Positions 26,801-40,800 are shown, counted from the first letter of the stretch. The stretch: DNA of 64,000 nt from Marsupella aquatica (GCA_973895155.1 OZ316896.1:11546830-11610829); one strand, 5' to 3'. The notes: generated by a model from the letters alone, not told the origin. Made by a program: numbers and translations.

Positions 26801-27254
26801 AGGTGTGCTCCCTTCATTCATGAGTTTTTATCCTTGGACCTAATTTTGTCTTTAGGCTTACCTTGTTGGGGTATGCACACTTTCACCCTCTTTAGCATCC
26901 TCATCGATGTTGAGCATTGACGATATTCACAACGGCATGCCCATAACCATCCAACGATCAAGTAGTCAACACAGAGAAATACGTGATTCACTTCCACATG
27001 AGGCTACGTCCATGGGAACACACAAGAGCTATACTGCATTCTATGTCGACTGGCCATACCAAGCATCCGCAACACAAGCTCTCCCTATCTCTTAACTAAC
27101 TCCACAACAATGAGCCTATGTTCCCACTATCCAAAGCAAACACTCCTTGGGTATAATGTGTGCATAGCATGACTAATCTAACCTAGTTTGCAACTAAGGT
27201 TAGCCCTAACTACGATCTAGTCGTAACTCTAGACCTAAGAGTTAATCCTGACAG

Positions 27255-28035
27255 CCGAGGCACCTGATGCGGACCGAGCTCGGATTCTTTCTTTGAGAGG
27301 GAAGAGCGTAGGAGTGTGGCTTCAGGCCAATCCCATTATTCCTCAAATGCAAATGTCTTCAGAAAGTTCTTGATGGCCATGTGTCTTCGTATGGGGTTGC
27401 CCCGTCCACTTCTTGCCAATTGACCTACTTCTTGCAAATGTGGGAAGTCTTGCTATGCTATAGGTGCCTATTTTCTTTGGTGCAGTTTGGGTGCAAAACC
27501 ATAGTTGTTCATGATGTTGTTAGGAATTGGACTGCCCAGGTTCTCTGTGGATCTTTGTTTCATCACAACTGTTACAGGTTGACCTTACCATGGTCCATGA
27601 TGGTCAACATACTTTTGCGCCAAGGCAACATTTGGACAGCGGCAACAATGGCAAGGGTAGCGCCATCACGAGCACCAATGACAAAAGAGGCCAAATATGT
27701 TGCACAAGCTTCATCTGATAGCCTCCTCCCTCTTGCTCTTGAGAGTTTTGGGTCTCTTCATCATCAGTTCGAAGGGCTTCTTTGGCAGACTGTTTGTGAT
27801 ATTCATGGTTAGATGGGTTCCATGGGACCCGCTCTCTATTTTGACCACACACTTTTGTCAGCACATTTCAGTGACATTATAGTGTGGTCAAGCTTGGGTC
27901 ATGTATCATGAATCTCTCATTGTGTGTGCCAATGTGCATCCGCGGCAGCTCGCCTGCCACCCTCACCCCCTTCCCTGAGGACATTCCTATCCCACTTGCT
28001 GATTTAGTTTCGACACTTGATGTGGACCATTAGCT
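27255..28035 (+). mobile_element. Decayed 3' portion of a CRE-like non-LTR retrotransposon (zinc knuckle plus restriction-like endonuclease region)
   Basis: Frameshifted translation gives ADRARILSLRGKSVGVWLQANP, FLMAMCLRMGLP, VVHDVVRN, QVDL, TKEAKY..LLPLALESFGSLH and ISVTL*. These match, in order, the ARLxS..AGAWLxAxP / LRLG / HDxVRD / RxD / KxxKY..FxPLAxExFG motifs of RLE-type (CRE) elements. Confidence 0.7.
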
Positions 28036-31000
28036 TGTGCCACATTTGCTAGGTTTGATGAGGACCTTGGTCCATTTGTGTTAGTTTTGTTTTGTTTCCT
28101 CTTTCTCAGTTGGTAGGTGTTTCCCTTTACTCACTTCTATTGAGTTTGGCTTTAGTCCGCTTTAGACCTCTTTTGCCTGTTTTTTCGCACTCTATATTTT
28201 TTGTTAGATGTTAAACTTCCACCACTCTGTTTGGCCCTTCATATAGAAAGGTTGTAATCGGATTTCCTTAATTGGAATATTGTGTCATGGTTTAACACTT
28301 TTTATTATTTGGTTCTGTGATACATAAACCAATGTCATAAATAAAGAAAATAAGTGCTGAATTTTCTTTGGTAGATCTATATTCCTAAACTTCCAGTGCT
28401 GCATGTTTTGGTGCCTGGTTTTGAAAAAGTGAAGAAAAAATAGAGCATTGACCTGGCTTAGAAAACAATATTCATAAAGTTTTCACTTCAGAAATATTTT
28501 CATGCTGTAAACTTTCGTGCAACTTTCAAAGCAAAACAGGCACCACTCACGCCTGCCTGGTTGGAGAAATTACATAATTTATTTCTTTTGAAACCTTTCA
28601 CAAAATTTGCAAGGAAGCCTTTTGTGACCTTTTACCTATAGGTCTAGCAGCAAGCAAAAGTTTTGGGTAGTCATACCTATGTGGATACTATGCATCGCGA
28701 AAACAAATACTACAATGCTGTCCTAATGAGTTTGTTTCCCTCCCTTTTCTCCCAAAATAGTGGAGAAAGAAATGGTTTGTGTTCCAGCAGTGAAATAGTC
28801 GTAATTAAGTTCGTACAAAATATGTAAATGAAAGAAGTTTGGCACCCTATGCAAAAATGTGGCATTGAAAAAAGTGTGCCCACGAAAATACGAGGGCAGT
28901 TTATGAAGATGGGGAGCAGATTAAATTCTAGGTACCAGAACATGAAAAGCTTTACATGTGGCTAAACCTCCAAAGTAGTCTTTATCTCTCTAAATTTGCG
29001 GCCAACACCTGTTTTGGCTAGACTGAAGCCCTAAGCAGGGCAAATGGCCTGAGAAAATTGTAAAAAATGGAAAATAGCTACCTGAAATTTTGAAACAACT
29101 TAAGAAACCCTGTCCTTGATTAAAGTTCTCGAACCAGAACCAGATTATGACCAGGTCTAGATTCGACCCAACCTCGACTGTAGAGGGGTTTCCTTGGTGG
29201 TTAGCAGAAGGTGGGATGAACGAGACTGAGGTTGCTAAACGACACAGTTTACTCCCACCGCTACTGTGGGTATTTTTGTCTTTTATCAGCCAGTCTCCAC
29301 ATTTATATACCAGTAGCCTTCTTAGACCAATACCATTCAGATCATTCATTTTTGGGAGAAATGTCACGCCTCCCAAAGTCACGGTGGACACCTGGCGAAA
29401 AATAAAATTCTTTAAACGTAGGCTGGAACGTAGGTACGCAGCGTGGTCGTCAGGTGGAGGAACGATCCTTGTGGAAGTACGGGACTGGTCCGGCCAATTC
29501 ACGTTCTGGTCGTTCCATTAGGGATCATCTAGCCTAAAATGTGCTTTTTTTACCTTGTCATGTTTGCTGTATTACCACCGCAACTTTGGCGTGTGACACG
29601 GCAGCAATTCCAAGGACCATAACTTCTATTGCCAAGCCCTCGCATCTCGGGAAGAGGGCTAAGATGGGTCTGGGGCAGTGTAATTTTATCCATTTCCTTC
29701 GCGAGGATTTGTGATGTCATCTTGTCTTTAGTTAATGAGAAGATGCTAAGAATACCCTATTTAATGTAGCTAGATTAATTTGTGGCTATCAAATCTCCCT
29801 GGACAACAGAATCTGGCTAATGGAAGACCGGCAAACACATTTCAGACAGGTGGAATCTACTTTATTCTTACCACTAAAAAATGCTGGTCAAGGCCTAGGC
29901 AGGGTCCATAAAAGGAAACTTACAATTTGGGGGAAACTTGGGGCTTGGAGGACAATTCTCGTAGTCTGTCGCTTTGGAATTGGAGATAGAAATCAAGCCT
30001 ACTTGTTTTTGTTGGTGTAATGGGGTGTTTCACCCCACCCAGTAAACAAATGCATAAAGTCAGATGCAACCCATTCACTATAAGCCTATCTAATTTTGAG
30101 GTAATGTGCTTTTTGGTTCTTGGATGCGTATGTGGAGGACCATATGTAGTGGCTTACTCTCTCTGGAAATGGTTGTTGGGTTTTCAAGATTTTTAATTAC
30201 GTGTTGTTACTTGCTGATATCTAGCCGATAGGAAAATGATCAAATAAGAGTTGGGGTTGAGTTTCAGTTGAACATGATAAAAACACGTAATAAACCTTTT
30301 TTAAAGGTGTTGAGTGTTATTTACTCCTGACAATAACCCAAACAGAAGAAGGTTGAAGATACACTTCTGTTCAAAAGCAATTCCATGGTATGCAGAACGT
30401 TTTTGAGAGTCATCACACATTTTCCTTACTAATGTATGCTAAACAAACAACAGTTTAGTTCTAAGGTATTGTAGATAATTATGGAGGAGACTTTCTGAGA
30501 AACTCATCATTTATTGTTGTGTACTGCCTCCACTATCTTTCTCCCAAAATCCAATCCTCCCAATTAGTGATTCTAGCAAGCTTAGCCCAGTGGTACCAAT
30601 CATTATGTCCATCCTAAAATTTGGGTCCAAATTTGTAAGTTAACTACACTGCTGATGGTAATTAGTGTTAGTAAAGGTAAAAAAAATTTTGAGTCCAAGT
30701 AACACTAATTTTTCTCTATTTTCAAACAAAGTTTTTTTAGTTTAAATTAATTATAAAAAATGGATAATAGTTTTTCTCTCTATTTTACCACTCTTAAGAC
30801 CACATTAACACTAATTCATGTGTGCAAAAATAATGTTAGTACACAATTAGTGTGACTAACATTAATTTGCAAGTAGACCCTGAAAATGGGCGCTCTCAAA
30901 TTAGTGAGTCACACTAATTAAGATAAACAATGTAGCTTCCACACAAACCCATCCCAAAGATTTAGTGAGGAGAGTCATTGGAAATATATTTATGGTCTTA

Positions 31001-31779
31001 TCCTTCCACACCCATCAGGGAAACTGGGAAAGACTTAACCCCTCTAGCTTCTTGTGTACTTGATTGACCACAAAGATGGATTGAGTACTTGACCAGGCCC
31101 TTTGGATATTAAGCTATTCAAAACAATCATAACTTTGTAGTAATACTCAAAAGTACAGTAGTATTGCTGTAGTTGGCATCAGGTTTACCTCCGGTGCACA
31201 GGGCGCCACTACATGACGAGAGCGTCATAAAACCTACAAAATGTTAATTTTGACAAACCCTAACATTTTATTGGATGATTAAATGAATGAATTGCCAGGT
31301 CGCCTGCCCCCAACCACGCCCCTTCTCGCGCCTTGTCCTGTAGCTCGGCTGCAGCCTTCCCAACCCACCTTTGGGTCAACTGACCCGAGGGTGGTCAAAG
31401 AAGAGACTGGGGGAACCCAACACCATCAGATCTTGACAAGGAGAACACAGCTAGCTGTTGGATGTGAAGGAGCTAACCTGGGTTACTTTTCATGACCCAC
31501 GAACAAAAACGAGTGACAATTTGATAAACAAAAAACAATTAGTGGCAATGTATATATTATGCAACAAAAAGATGACAATGTTGTTAATCCCAGTAAATTT
31601 TATTTGGGATTTACTAGGCAACAACCTTTTTCTGCCATAATACATATTGTGTCACTGATTTTTTTCTATTTCTTATAATGTCACTGTTTTCATTTGTGGG
31701 TTAAGAAATCTAACCTGGGTTAGGTCCTTATCAATGGCTCTCCTTCCCTCCATGGCTCTCATCATACCTAGTTTTGCGA

Positions 31780-31972
31780 TGGGATGGCTCCAGTATTCCT
31801 AAAGGTGATTTTGACCACCCTCAATAGGACAGATGCCAGCAGAGGTTGTGCTCAGGGACATGTTGGCCTTGGATAGAGGCTGGGCCTAGGATGGGAGCAG
31901 GAAACTACTCCACCCACCTCTCGGTCAACTGATCCAAGGGTAGTCAAAGTCACCTTGAGGGATACCCGGGCC
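31780..31972. mobile_element. Small degenerate inverted-repeat element
   Basis: gtattcctaaaggtgattttgaccaccct (~31793) is complementary to agggtagtcaaagtcaccttgagggatac (~31937). A related arm occurs at ~31373. Confidence 0.4.
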
Positions 31973-34271
31973 GCATGATGAAGATGTTGATTTTCTTCTC
32001 TTGCAAACCTGTTTGTCACATGACCTTATCAAAATCAATGTCCAAAGAGAGTGAGGAGATATATTTAGAACATAAAATTCCGGCTCCATTGCCACTTCTA
32101 CAAACAATAAAGATCAATGCCAAAGGCCACATGGACCCTAAATAACTTTCATAAAATATAAGCTTTACGATGACAATCTAAAAAGGTATACAATTGGACA
32201 ACATTTTATTTTTGAACGCAATGTCCTATGTGAGATGCCCAATGCTGCTTGTAAAAGCTATCATGTCAGTTTACTCTTTGGTTGATGAGTTGCTCACTTT
32301 CATTTTTGTGTATGCAATCTGCCAATGTCTACAGTATTTCATATGTTACAAGTCCCTCTCTTTCTTGTGCAAGCCTTGTCATATTTCAGAAAACTTAAAG
32401 AGACTGTCCAATTTAACATACCATGATTTAAGTGTGCTCTACGGAATCCATATAAATCATATGCGAGTAAAAATATATTATTTGAGTGATGTTCTGAAAA
32501 GGTTTAGAAAGGATAGAAAGCAAAAGAAAGTAGTATACATTCCGACATTCTACATATTCCATTATTAGATACATTTTATAAATTAATGTATATGAAAGGT
32601 AAGAATACAAGATGTTCTCAAAAACTAGTTTTTTTTTTACAAAAAATGAATATTTAAAGTAGGCAAAGATAGCACCTAATATCCCAAAATACACATGTAG
32701 TTAATATCTTGAGACCTCTAAGTACATTTACAAGGCACATTAAGAGTATAAATCCAATTACCTTCTGTTACTTACCCTAGAGATCATGAATTGGGGGATG
32801 GATAAGAGACACTTAAAATTATTAAAAATTGCTTTTGAGAATGTTTGACGCCCATGGGGCTTGAGTGACTAAGTTGTCATATGTTTACAAAAGCTCCTAT
32901 CACAAATAGTTTTAGCTATTGTCCAACATCATTTCCATCTCCAGCTCCTTATCAATGATGTTCCACTGGACTGTCTGAAAATTGTTTCGTCCCTGTACGT
33001 TGGCCAGTTCTTGTTCAGATTCTTACCCATGATGTGTTTGAAACCTACACAGCTTACAACTCTTCAACTGTCTAACACTCTGCCAAAGAACAAAAATGGC
33101 CAGACTGGAAGACAACATTAGAATGAAAGAGACCCCCAAAAGGGAGAGAACAAGCAGAAAACTCAAGAATGACCAAAGAGCGAACAAGCAACAGAGTGGG
33201 ACACGATGTGAAAGGAAATAAAGCCCTACTCAGTTGTGAGCTGGAATGCTTGGTAATGCTAAGAAGTAATTTAAGTATGAGGATGAGGAGGGAGAATTTG
33301 CCTATAGGCCCTTAAATTATGAGTCTCTGCTCTCCACTGAAAGGGAATCATGTGTCTGAATAAGACAATGGGAACAGACTTTAGAGGACAAAGCCTTCAC
33401 TCTACACGAAAGATTGCATATGATCACAAGAAAGAGTATGTCGTGCAATGTCGCTGGCAGCCTCTTCTTCACATATTCACTACCAACCATTGTTTTCCTT
33501 TCAGCCCACAAATGTGTCTCACAATTTTCTCTCCTCCAAAAGGGAAATCGTCAAAAATACTTTCATTTTGCCTAATTGCAATTTTTGCTCAAAAGTGGAC
33601 CTCTAGTAACCTCATTTGAATTGGCCTGGTGCCCTTCCCCATTCATGACCATGTAAAGTCAAGCTACCGTAGAAGAGGGTTGGTTGGAAATCAAGTACTG
33701 CATCGCAAGGCCATCTCAAAAGCCACGTAAAAGCACCTTTTGTTGGACATCTTTTTTCTTGTCATTGGAAAGAGAGATGGCCCATTCCCATCAAAATTAG
33801 CCCCTCTCAAACCTGGAGCCTCCCTATTTATCAAGCCAGGGTGGCCCCAAGGCTACCCATCAAAGTTTGTAACGTTTCGGCTGTACCTATATGGCCCCTT
33901 GCGATCGTCCAATGAACTAAACAGCAGAAAGATATTGTACACCTAATAATACGTAATAACGAGCCCGAGGTGAGGGAGTTTGTCTTATTCCAAAACAAAC
34001 ATTCACTAAAACCGAGAAATAACTCGTGAGGAGATAAATTTCACTTATTTTAAAATTCAAGGGGTATAATAATGATTGAGAATCAATGCAAGCGACACTT
34101 CGATGATTACAGAACGGGAGAAAAACTCGCGAAACCCAATGCGATTCGTGCATTGAAATAGGGCTTTCCTGAAAAAAACAATTACCAACGAAAGCTATTA
34201 AATAAAAAATAGTACAGTTGGTAGCACACCTCCCCCGCTTCATGGCATTCTGCTTTTTTCAGCAGCTCCGA

Positions 34272-34640
34272 CCCGGTCAGGTCACGTCAGGTCAGTTCAG
34301 GTCAAGTCAGGTCAGGTCGGCTGCCCAGCCCAGCCCAGACCAGTCCTGGACAGTGACAGGACAGTAGGGGTGGTGAGAGTGCGAGCAAAACCTTACGATT
34401 CCGGGCAATCAGGCAGCCCTCACGGTCAGTTCAGCTCAGCTCCTACTCCGGACGACGCAATCCCGGACGGGCAGGGCTCTGGAGCGGGCAGCGGGAGTGC
34501 AGTAGTGCACCACTGGGCGGTCTGGCAGCAGGAGTGAGTGCAGGAGTAGTGCCCAACTGGGCGGGCAGGGCAGGGAAGGGGCGGGCAGGGCAAAGGCAAA
34601 GGCAAGGGCAGGGCAGCCGGGCAGGGCAGCTGGGCAGTTC
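34272..34640. promoter_or_regulatory. GC-rich SUO upstream region with (GGTCA)n and (GGGCA)n tracts
   Basis: ggtcaggtcacgtcaggtcagttcaggtcaagtcaggtcagg and gggcgggcagggcagggaaggggcgggcagggc lie directly 5' of the CT/GA-rich leader. Confidence 0.4.
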
Positions 34641-35463
34641 TCATGACTGATATATCGACGGTGGTGGGTACATTTGGTTTGATGTCTTTGCTTTAGTCTC
34701 TGTAGGAGTGTCTGTTCAGTCTAGTGCGCCACACTTTATCTTTTCTGTCTGTGTCTGTCGTCTCTTTCTCTCTCATACCTGGTCCGTCCGCTTGGCTGTG
34801 AGTTCTCTCTTCCTTCCTTCCTCCTTCCCAACTCCTCTCTCGCTCGATCGGCTCGGCTCGGCTCGGCTCTCGGCTCGGCTCTCGACTCTTTTCGCGTGCG
34901 TTTGCGTTTGTGGATCTGTGGATCGAGGGAGCGCTGATCGGATTTGTCGTGCGCAAGCTCTGCTGTTTGTCTCTTGACGCATTCTTCGGGCTCGTTTTGT
35001 GGTCACGCTGCGGCCTCGAGAGTGGACTCGAGCTGTTACTTCACACAACCAGCGAACTGGAAGACGGTCGTTTCTCTTCTAAGCCGCGATGATGGAAGGC
35101 GCGATCGGAGGCCGGCGGTAGAGGGAAGAAAAGCGCAGAAGGAAGGAAGGACGGAAAGTTGTAAGAGCGAGAGACAGAGAGAGAGAGAGAGAAAAGGAGG
35201 TTTGGAGAGGTTGATTGATCGCTGGCGGTGTTCGTTCGGTGGGTGGCTTGGCTATGGCAGATTGACAAGGTGTTGATTAGACTGTGAGCCGAGCGGACGG
35301 TGTACAGCTGGATCAACCGGTTGGGAAAGGTTTCTGGAGGCGGAGTTCGATGAGATAAGAGTTGCTTCTGTTACTGAGTCGACTTGAAGGCTATGTGTGA
35401 TGTAAGTGTTCGGTGGTCCTGGGCGAGCACCCGTCGCTTGTTCCGTCAAGCTCCCCGGCTCCC

Positions 35464-35504
35464 TGTGTGTGTGTGTGTGTGTGTGCGTGTGTGTGCGTGT
35501 GTGT
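35464..35504. repeat. (GT)n microsatellite in a SUO 5' UTR intron
   Basis: An interrupted (TG)n tract just after the donor GAT|GTAAGT at 35402. Confidence 0.85.
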
Positions 35505-37899
35505 TTGTGGAAAGCAACCACACATGTTTGTGTACGCATGTATGGTGTTATCGGTGGAAGTAGGGAAACGAGAGCGGATGTCGAGAAATAACTTTGGTGG
35601 ATAGGAGTGGGCTATCCGAGAGGTGAGGTCCAGCGAAGCGGAAGACTTGACGAGTTGTTTCTGTATATCGATTCGGTATTCTAGGCCAGCGGCAGGTTTT
35701 GAAGTCGTGAGCCGGAGTAGATTTCTGTATTGTTATGTGGCTGTCGTAGTTTCGTTGACTAGGGATGGGCTTTCGACTCTCATAGTCAAAGCTTCCCTTC
35801 TTCCCCGCGTCGAAAGTCGGTTTCGATGCCATTGTACGCGTTTTATGCTGCTCTATTCGCGCTTTCGTTCGGTGTTCTGAGGGATTGAGCACACAGGGTA
35901 CATGTCTGTGATGGGGGTCGATCATGTTCGTTTCTCCGAAAGTCCCATTGCCTGCGATAAGGCCTGTAGTCGAAGGAGTTATAAACGTGGACCACATGTA
36001 ACTTGTGTCTACGAGAATGCTTGGTAGTGACTTTTGTCACAATTCCAGTTTAGCGATCCTTAGGGACATCCTCGAAGCTTCGGACGCGTTGTAGTTATGT
36101 CTTACGTGGTTATCAACTTAGTTGACACACTATGACCAGACTTCCACGTTTAGACATGCACTGTGCCACCCTCATCCTTTTGCTATGATGGGTGTGCTCC
36201 GTAAGGGCTTGTTTCGGCCGATGTCTTGTTCGTGTGTAGCATCTCGATTTGGTTCTGTTTTGGTTCTGTTTTGGTTTCTGGGCTCGTAGTCCTCCGTCTC
36301 CTTGGTGGCGTTACATTTTTGGTGATGTAGTGAGGGTCAGGTGAGTACCTTTTGTTCGTGGGAGGGCGATTGTACACTACTATCTCTGTGCTAGTATGTA
36401 TTCGTAATCGTTGATCCCACCGAGGATAGTCTCTAAGCCCGCCGTGCCAGCTGCCGGACCTCTGTGTCTATGTATCAGTGTCGCTTTTCGGTGAGCATGC
36501 TACTTGTGTTGGAGCTGTTTGCTTTCATTCGTTGTCCGCAGTTGCACCTTCGCTTCCGTCTCATCCTTCTAATGCGGAGGCTATGTTCAGTTGATTTGGT
36601 ACGGAGACGATGTCCTAGTTCCTGTTTCTGTCTATTCTTCTCTGTTTCGGGAGCGTGAGAGTGTAGCAGCGCTTTGTTTCAACCTATGGTGTAGCTTAAC
36701 TTGGATCTGCCTCTAAACCCCACACGTCAGAGCGAGACGCGACTTTGCTTGAATTTGCCGAGTACCCCCTTCATTTTCGCTGGTCCAAAGATCTTCTTCG
36801 CGGTTTTCGCTCAGCAGTTGGCTCACAAGCAGACTCTGTCACGGCCTGAACTTCAGCCATCGCGGTGCTTTCAACCGTTCCCTATTTGCCGATGTCTGAG
36901 CCCGGAGTAACCTGTCTTGAAGTGTGCATGGAGGTGGTCTTGCAAATGCCGTGACATGTGCAAGCGGAGCGTATCGTATGGAGTCGTTGCGCAGCGGCTC
37001 ACTTGGTGTGAACCCTACGTCGACAGATTATTAAAGTTTTTTGTTTAGTTCCCTCGGTTACTACGTCATAACGTAACGCTTGGTGACCTAGACAAGATAT
37101 TCTTGTCTTGTAGCACTGTATCTCTACCATTTCCGGATCCGCGCGAAAGTCTTCGGTCTGCTGCGGCTTCCAACGTTTTTGTACGAAGCTTATGCTTCCG
37201 GTGGGTGTTGGAAACTTTGCCGGAATGTTGGCCTGGGTCGCGGCGACTATACGCATCGGTGCACTTGTACCGTGCTTTTGGTCCGTGGTCATTTTGTACC
37301 GTCCACTATTGGAGTTATCTTCATGTTATACTAAACTTATTTGCTGTCACCCAGTTCGTCCGGTGCTCTTTGTTGCTTTAGTTTTGTGTCCGCGCGAAGT
37401 TAGTGTTGGTAAAATACCCCGTTTTTAGCGCTCAAAACTGTGGCATCATGACGATGGCTTTCTTCGACGGCATCATCCTCTTGAGTTAAGTTCATCGCGC
37501 AGTCTTCCAATTTCTCTGGAAATTTCGAAGTTACTCGTCGTCCTGGCTTTCTGGAACGGGACTGCATACGAGTGAAACGCTTGGCTGTAAGCCCGTCGCT
37601 CTTCACGACTTGGCCGTCTATCACGGTCTTCTGGGCATTCGATAGATTTCTGGGCGGAAGAGATCATGTGGACGCTGATCGCTGGAAGGTCTCTTATGGA
37701 ATTTCTATCTAGCTGGTAACCGACCCTGGAGCTTTGCTATTTTTTGTACTGTCAGTCCTGCGAATCTAGATCGCACACCTTTTTCCCGATTATGGCTCTG
37801 CTTAATCTCCGAAGCGAGATAGAAGCGGCGTCATCGCCGGCTTCGAGCTTTTCGCGAGGTTCTTTGTCTGAGGAAAACCGTTGTCGATAAAGATGTCGG

Positions 37900-40800
37900 A
37901 TGTTAAACAAGGTTATCCAACTGGTGTTGTGTTCTTAGTTCTTAGTTCTTATCTAGCTGAGTGGCAGTTCACGAGTCGGTCAATTGCTATCCTTCGCCAT
38001 GACAGTGTAGCCATGATGTGATGACAGCTGTTCGTCGTGCGTGTATCATCTTTTCTGACAGGAAAGTGACTGGTTGCTGTTTCTTGCGCACTTGCAGGGT
38101 GGTCGCAAGCTCAGCGTCGGGGACTGTGCATTGTTCCAAGCAGCAAATGCCTATCCATACATAGGCATTCTGCGCAAAGTCACTCCAGAGAAGGATACAA
38201 CAAAGTTCACTGTAAATTGGCTCTATCGTCCTGCTGATGTTAAATTAGCTAAGGGGGGACCTCTCGAGGCAGCCCCCAACGAGATTTTTTACTCTTTCCA
38301 CAAGGATGAAATATCTGCCGCGTCGCTCCTGCATCCCTGCAAAGTTGCCTTCTTCCGCAAGGGTACCGACCTTCCGCAAGGAGTCTCCTCGTTCGTCTGC
38401 CGCCGAGTTTACGACACAGCTAACAAGTGTCTGTGGTGGCTCACTGATCGGGACTACACTGATGTAAGTTTCTCTTTGTTTCGTACTGTCAACTTCTCTG
38501 GTTCATTATTCTCTCTGGGTCCTAGCGCGTCCCACCCTATTGACTCTTGTTCTTACTAAGCTGGTATGGCTAGCAGGTGGGTACCAATCATGAAGTAAGC
38601 TTGGATTTAGATTCACGTTCTTATGCCTTACCGATTCTCGGCCCATGTCATTGGCCCTCGATGTCAAGTACGTGGGTCTCGTAATTCATGCAGTCCAAGA
38701 ACAGTTCTGTTGCTTTAGATTGTTTCTGGTTGCCTTTCCCTGAAATAGGAGAATTGCGACTGGGATTTTACTCACTACTAACTTTCTCAGACGTCACGCA
38801 TCCGAGATTTCGCCAGTGTATATAGGTCAGGAATGATTTACCGCTAGGTGACCAGTCAATCGTGCGCGATAGTTTTACAGTGGCTGCCTACAGTCTTATA
38901 ACTTGATTTGATTTGATGCGCTCGGCGAGTCGAAAGTATGCTGTCTCTGTCATCTGACACTTCCTTTCTTCATGGTCCCAGGAGCATCAAGACGAGGTAG
39001 ACCAACTGTTGGAGAGGACCAAGCTGGAAATGCAGGCAGCAGTGCAATCGGGAGGGCCTTCACCTAGAGCAGCTTTGACAGGAGGACCCACGTCATCTCA
39101 GCAACCGAAGAGTGGTTCAGACGCAGTGCAGAATGCTACATATTCTGCTTCAAACAAAAGCAAGAAGAGGGAGAGAGCTGATCAAAATTTGGAGCCTAGC
39201 AAGCGAGAGCGATCAGCAAAGTCTGAAGATGGAGAACTGAGCCCTTTGAAGCGTGAGCGCAGCATGAAGCCTGAGGAGATTGCTTCAATCACCGATAAGG
39301 ATGGAGGATTATTGAATCAGGAAGGTGTGAAGGTGCTTGTGCAATTGATGCAGCAGGATAGAAACGATGGCATCAGAAAGTCTACAGATGTGGCCTCTCG
39401 ACGCACCATGTTGGCCGCCGTCGTCGCCGCGACAGAGCGGGATGACTGTTTGAGCCGATTCGTCGGACTTGGAGGCTTGCCGATGCTTGATGACTGGCTA
39501 CAAGAAGCCCATAAAGGAAAGGTCGGTGATGGGGGTAGTCCCAAGGAGGGTGATAAGGGTGTAGAGGAGCTCCTTCTGACTTTACTCAAAGCACTGGATA
39601 AGCTACCTGTTGATCTGGATGCCCTGAAGACCTGTTGTGTCGGGAAATCTGTCAACCACTTACGAAGTCACAAAAATGTGGAGATTCAGAAGAAGGCTAG
39701 GAAATTGGTAGAGATCTGGAAGAAGCGTGTTGATGCGGAGATGAAGCTCTCTGGTGAAGTGAAGACTGGTGGATCAAATTCGAACCTTTGGAATACTTCC
39801 TACAAACAAAACTCTCCTGATATGCACTCTCACCTCATGAAAGGTGGAGGACCCACGGAAGTGGCAGTGAAAAGCTCTGGAGCCTCTGCTGGCAGCGCTA
39901 AGCCCATGCCTAATGCTGTGAATCCTGGAGAAGTTGTTAGTAACGGTGCTCCTCCCTCTGCAGGCGGGAAAGTTAGTACCTTGCTGGCGTCTTCTAGCCC
40001 TTCCGTTGTGAAAAAGGAGGAGAACGGCATCAACAAGGTATCGAATGGTACTCTTCCTTTGGATTTTTCCTCCGCTGTGAAAGAAGAGAGAAATACCGCC
40101 TCTATGCAGCCGCAGAGCAATGGCCAGACATGGGGAAATGGCGCACAAGGTAAGAGCGTCACAGGATCCACCTGGAAGGAGGATGTGAAGAATGCTTCTC
40201 TGGGTGGCGCCATATCTTCCAAGTCTTTGGTGGCAGGTTCGCGTCACCCAAGTATGAATGGGAAAGGATTGTTGGGAGCCGGCCTGACGGGGAGCTCGAA
40301 GGACAGTTTAAGTGGGAAACCACTTGTATGGAGCCGGAACTCTGTGACAGAGAAGATATCTTCTTCAACTGTTCCACCATCTGAAAAGGGATCCGTGGAA
40401 GGCACACGTGATGTTTCGAACTCCCAGCATAGATTGATCGTCAGAATACCCAATCCAGGACGGAGTCCCGCAAGGAGTGGTGGTGCATCCGAACAAAGTG
40501 TACCTGGCATCAGGGTAGTGTCACCTAATGTACCAGAGAGGAGTCCCTCCCTTGGTGTTGACGCTTCTGACGGCAAAGGTCGGAGCCAAAACGGCAATGC
40601 TACCTCATCTGATACCAGCGCTGATACGAAAATTGGTAGACTTGTTCCTGGCGTTGACGATGAGAGAGAAAAAAAAAGTACTTCGGTCCAATCTGATGGT
40701 CAGGTCGAGGGTGAGAAGAGAGGAGAGGAGTCGATGCGCCCCGAATCAGGAAGGAATGTGAAGGAATCCAGCGAAGCTCATGGTGTGAATGGTGGTTTTA

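Noticed and set aside
28990-29521. Overlapping 170 and 124 aa ORFs
   Set aside because: No recognisable homology, splice structure or domain.
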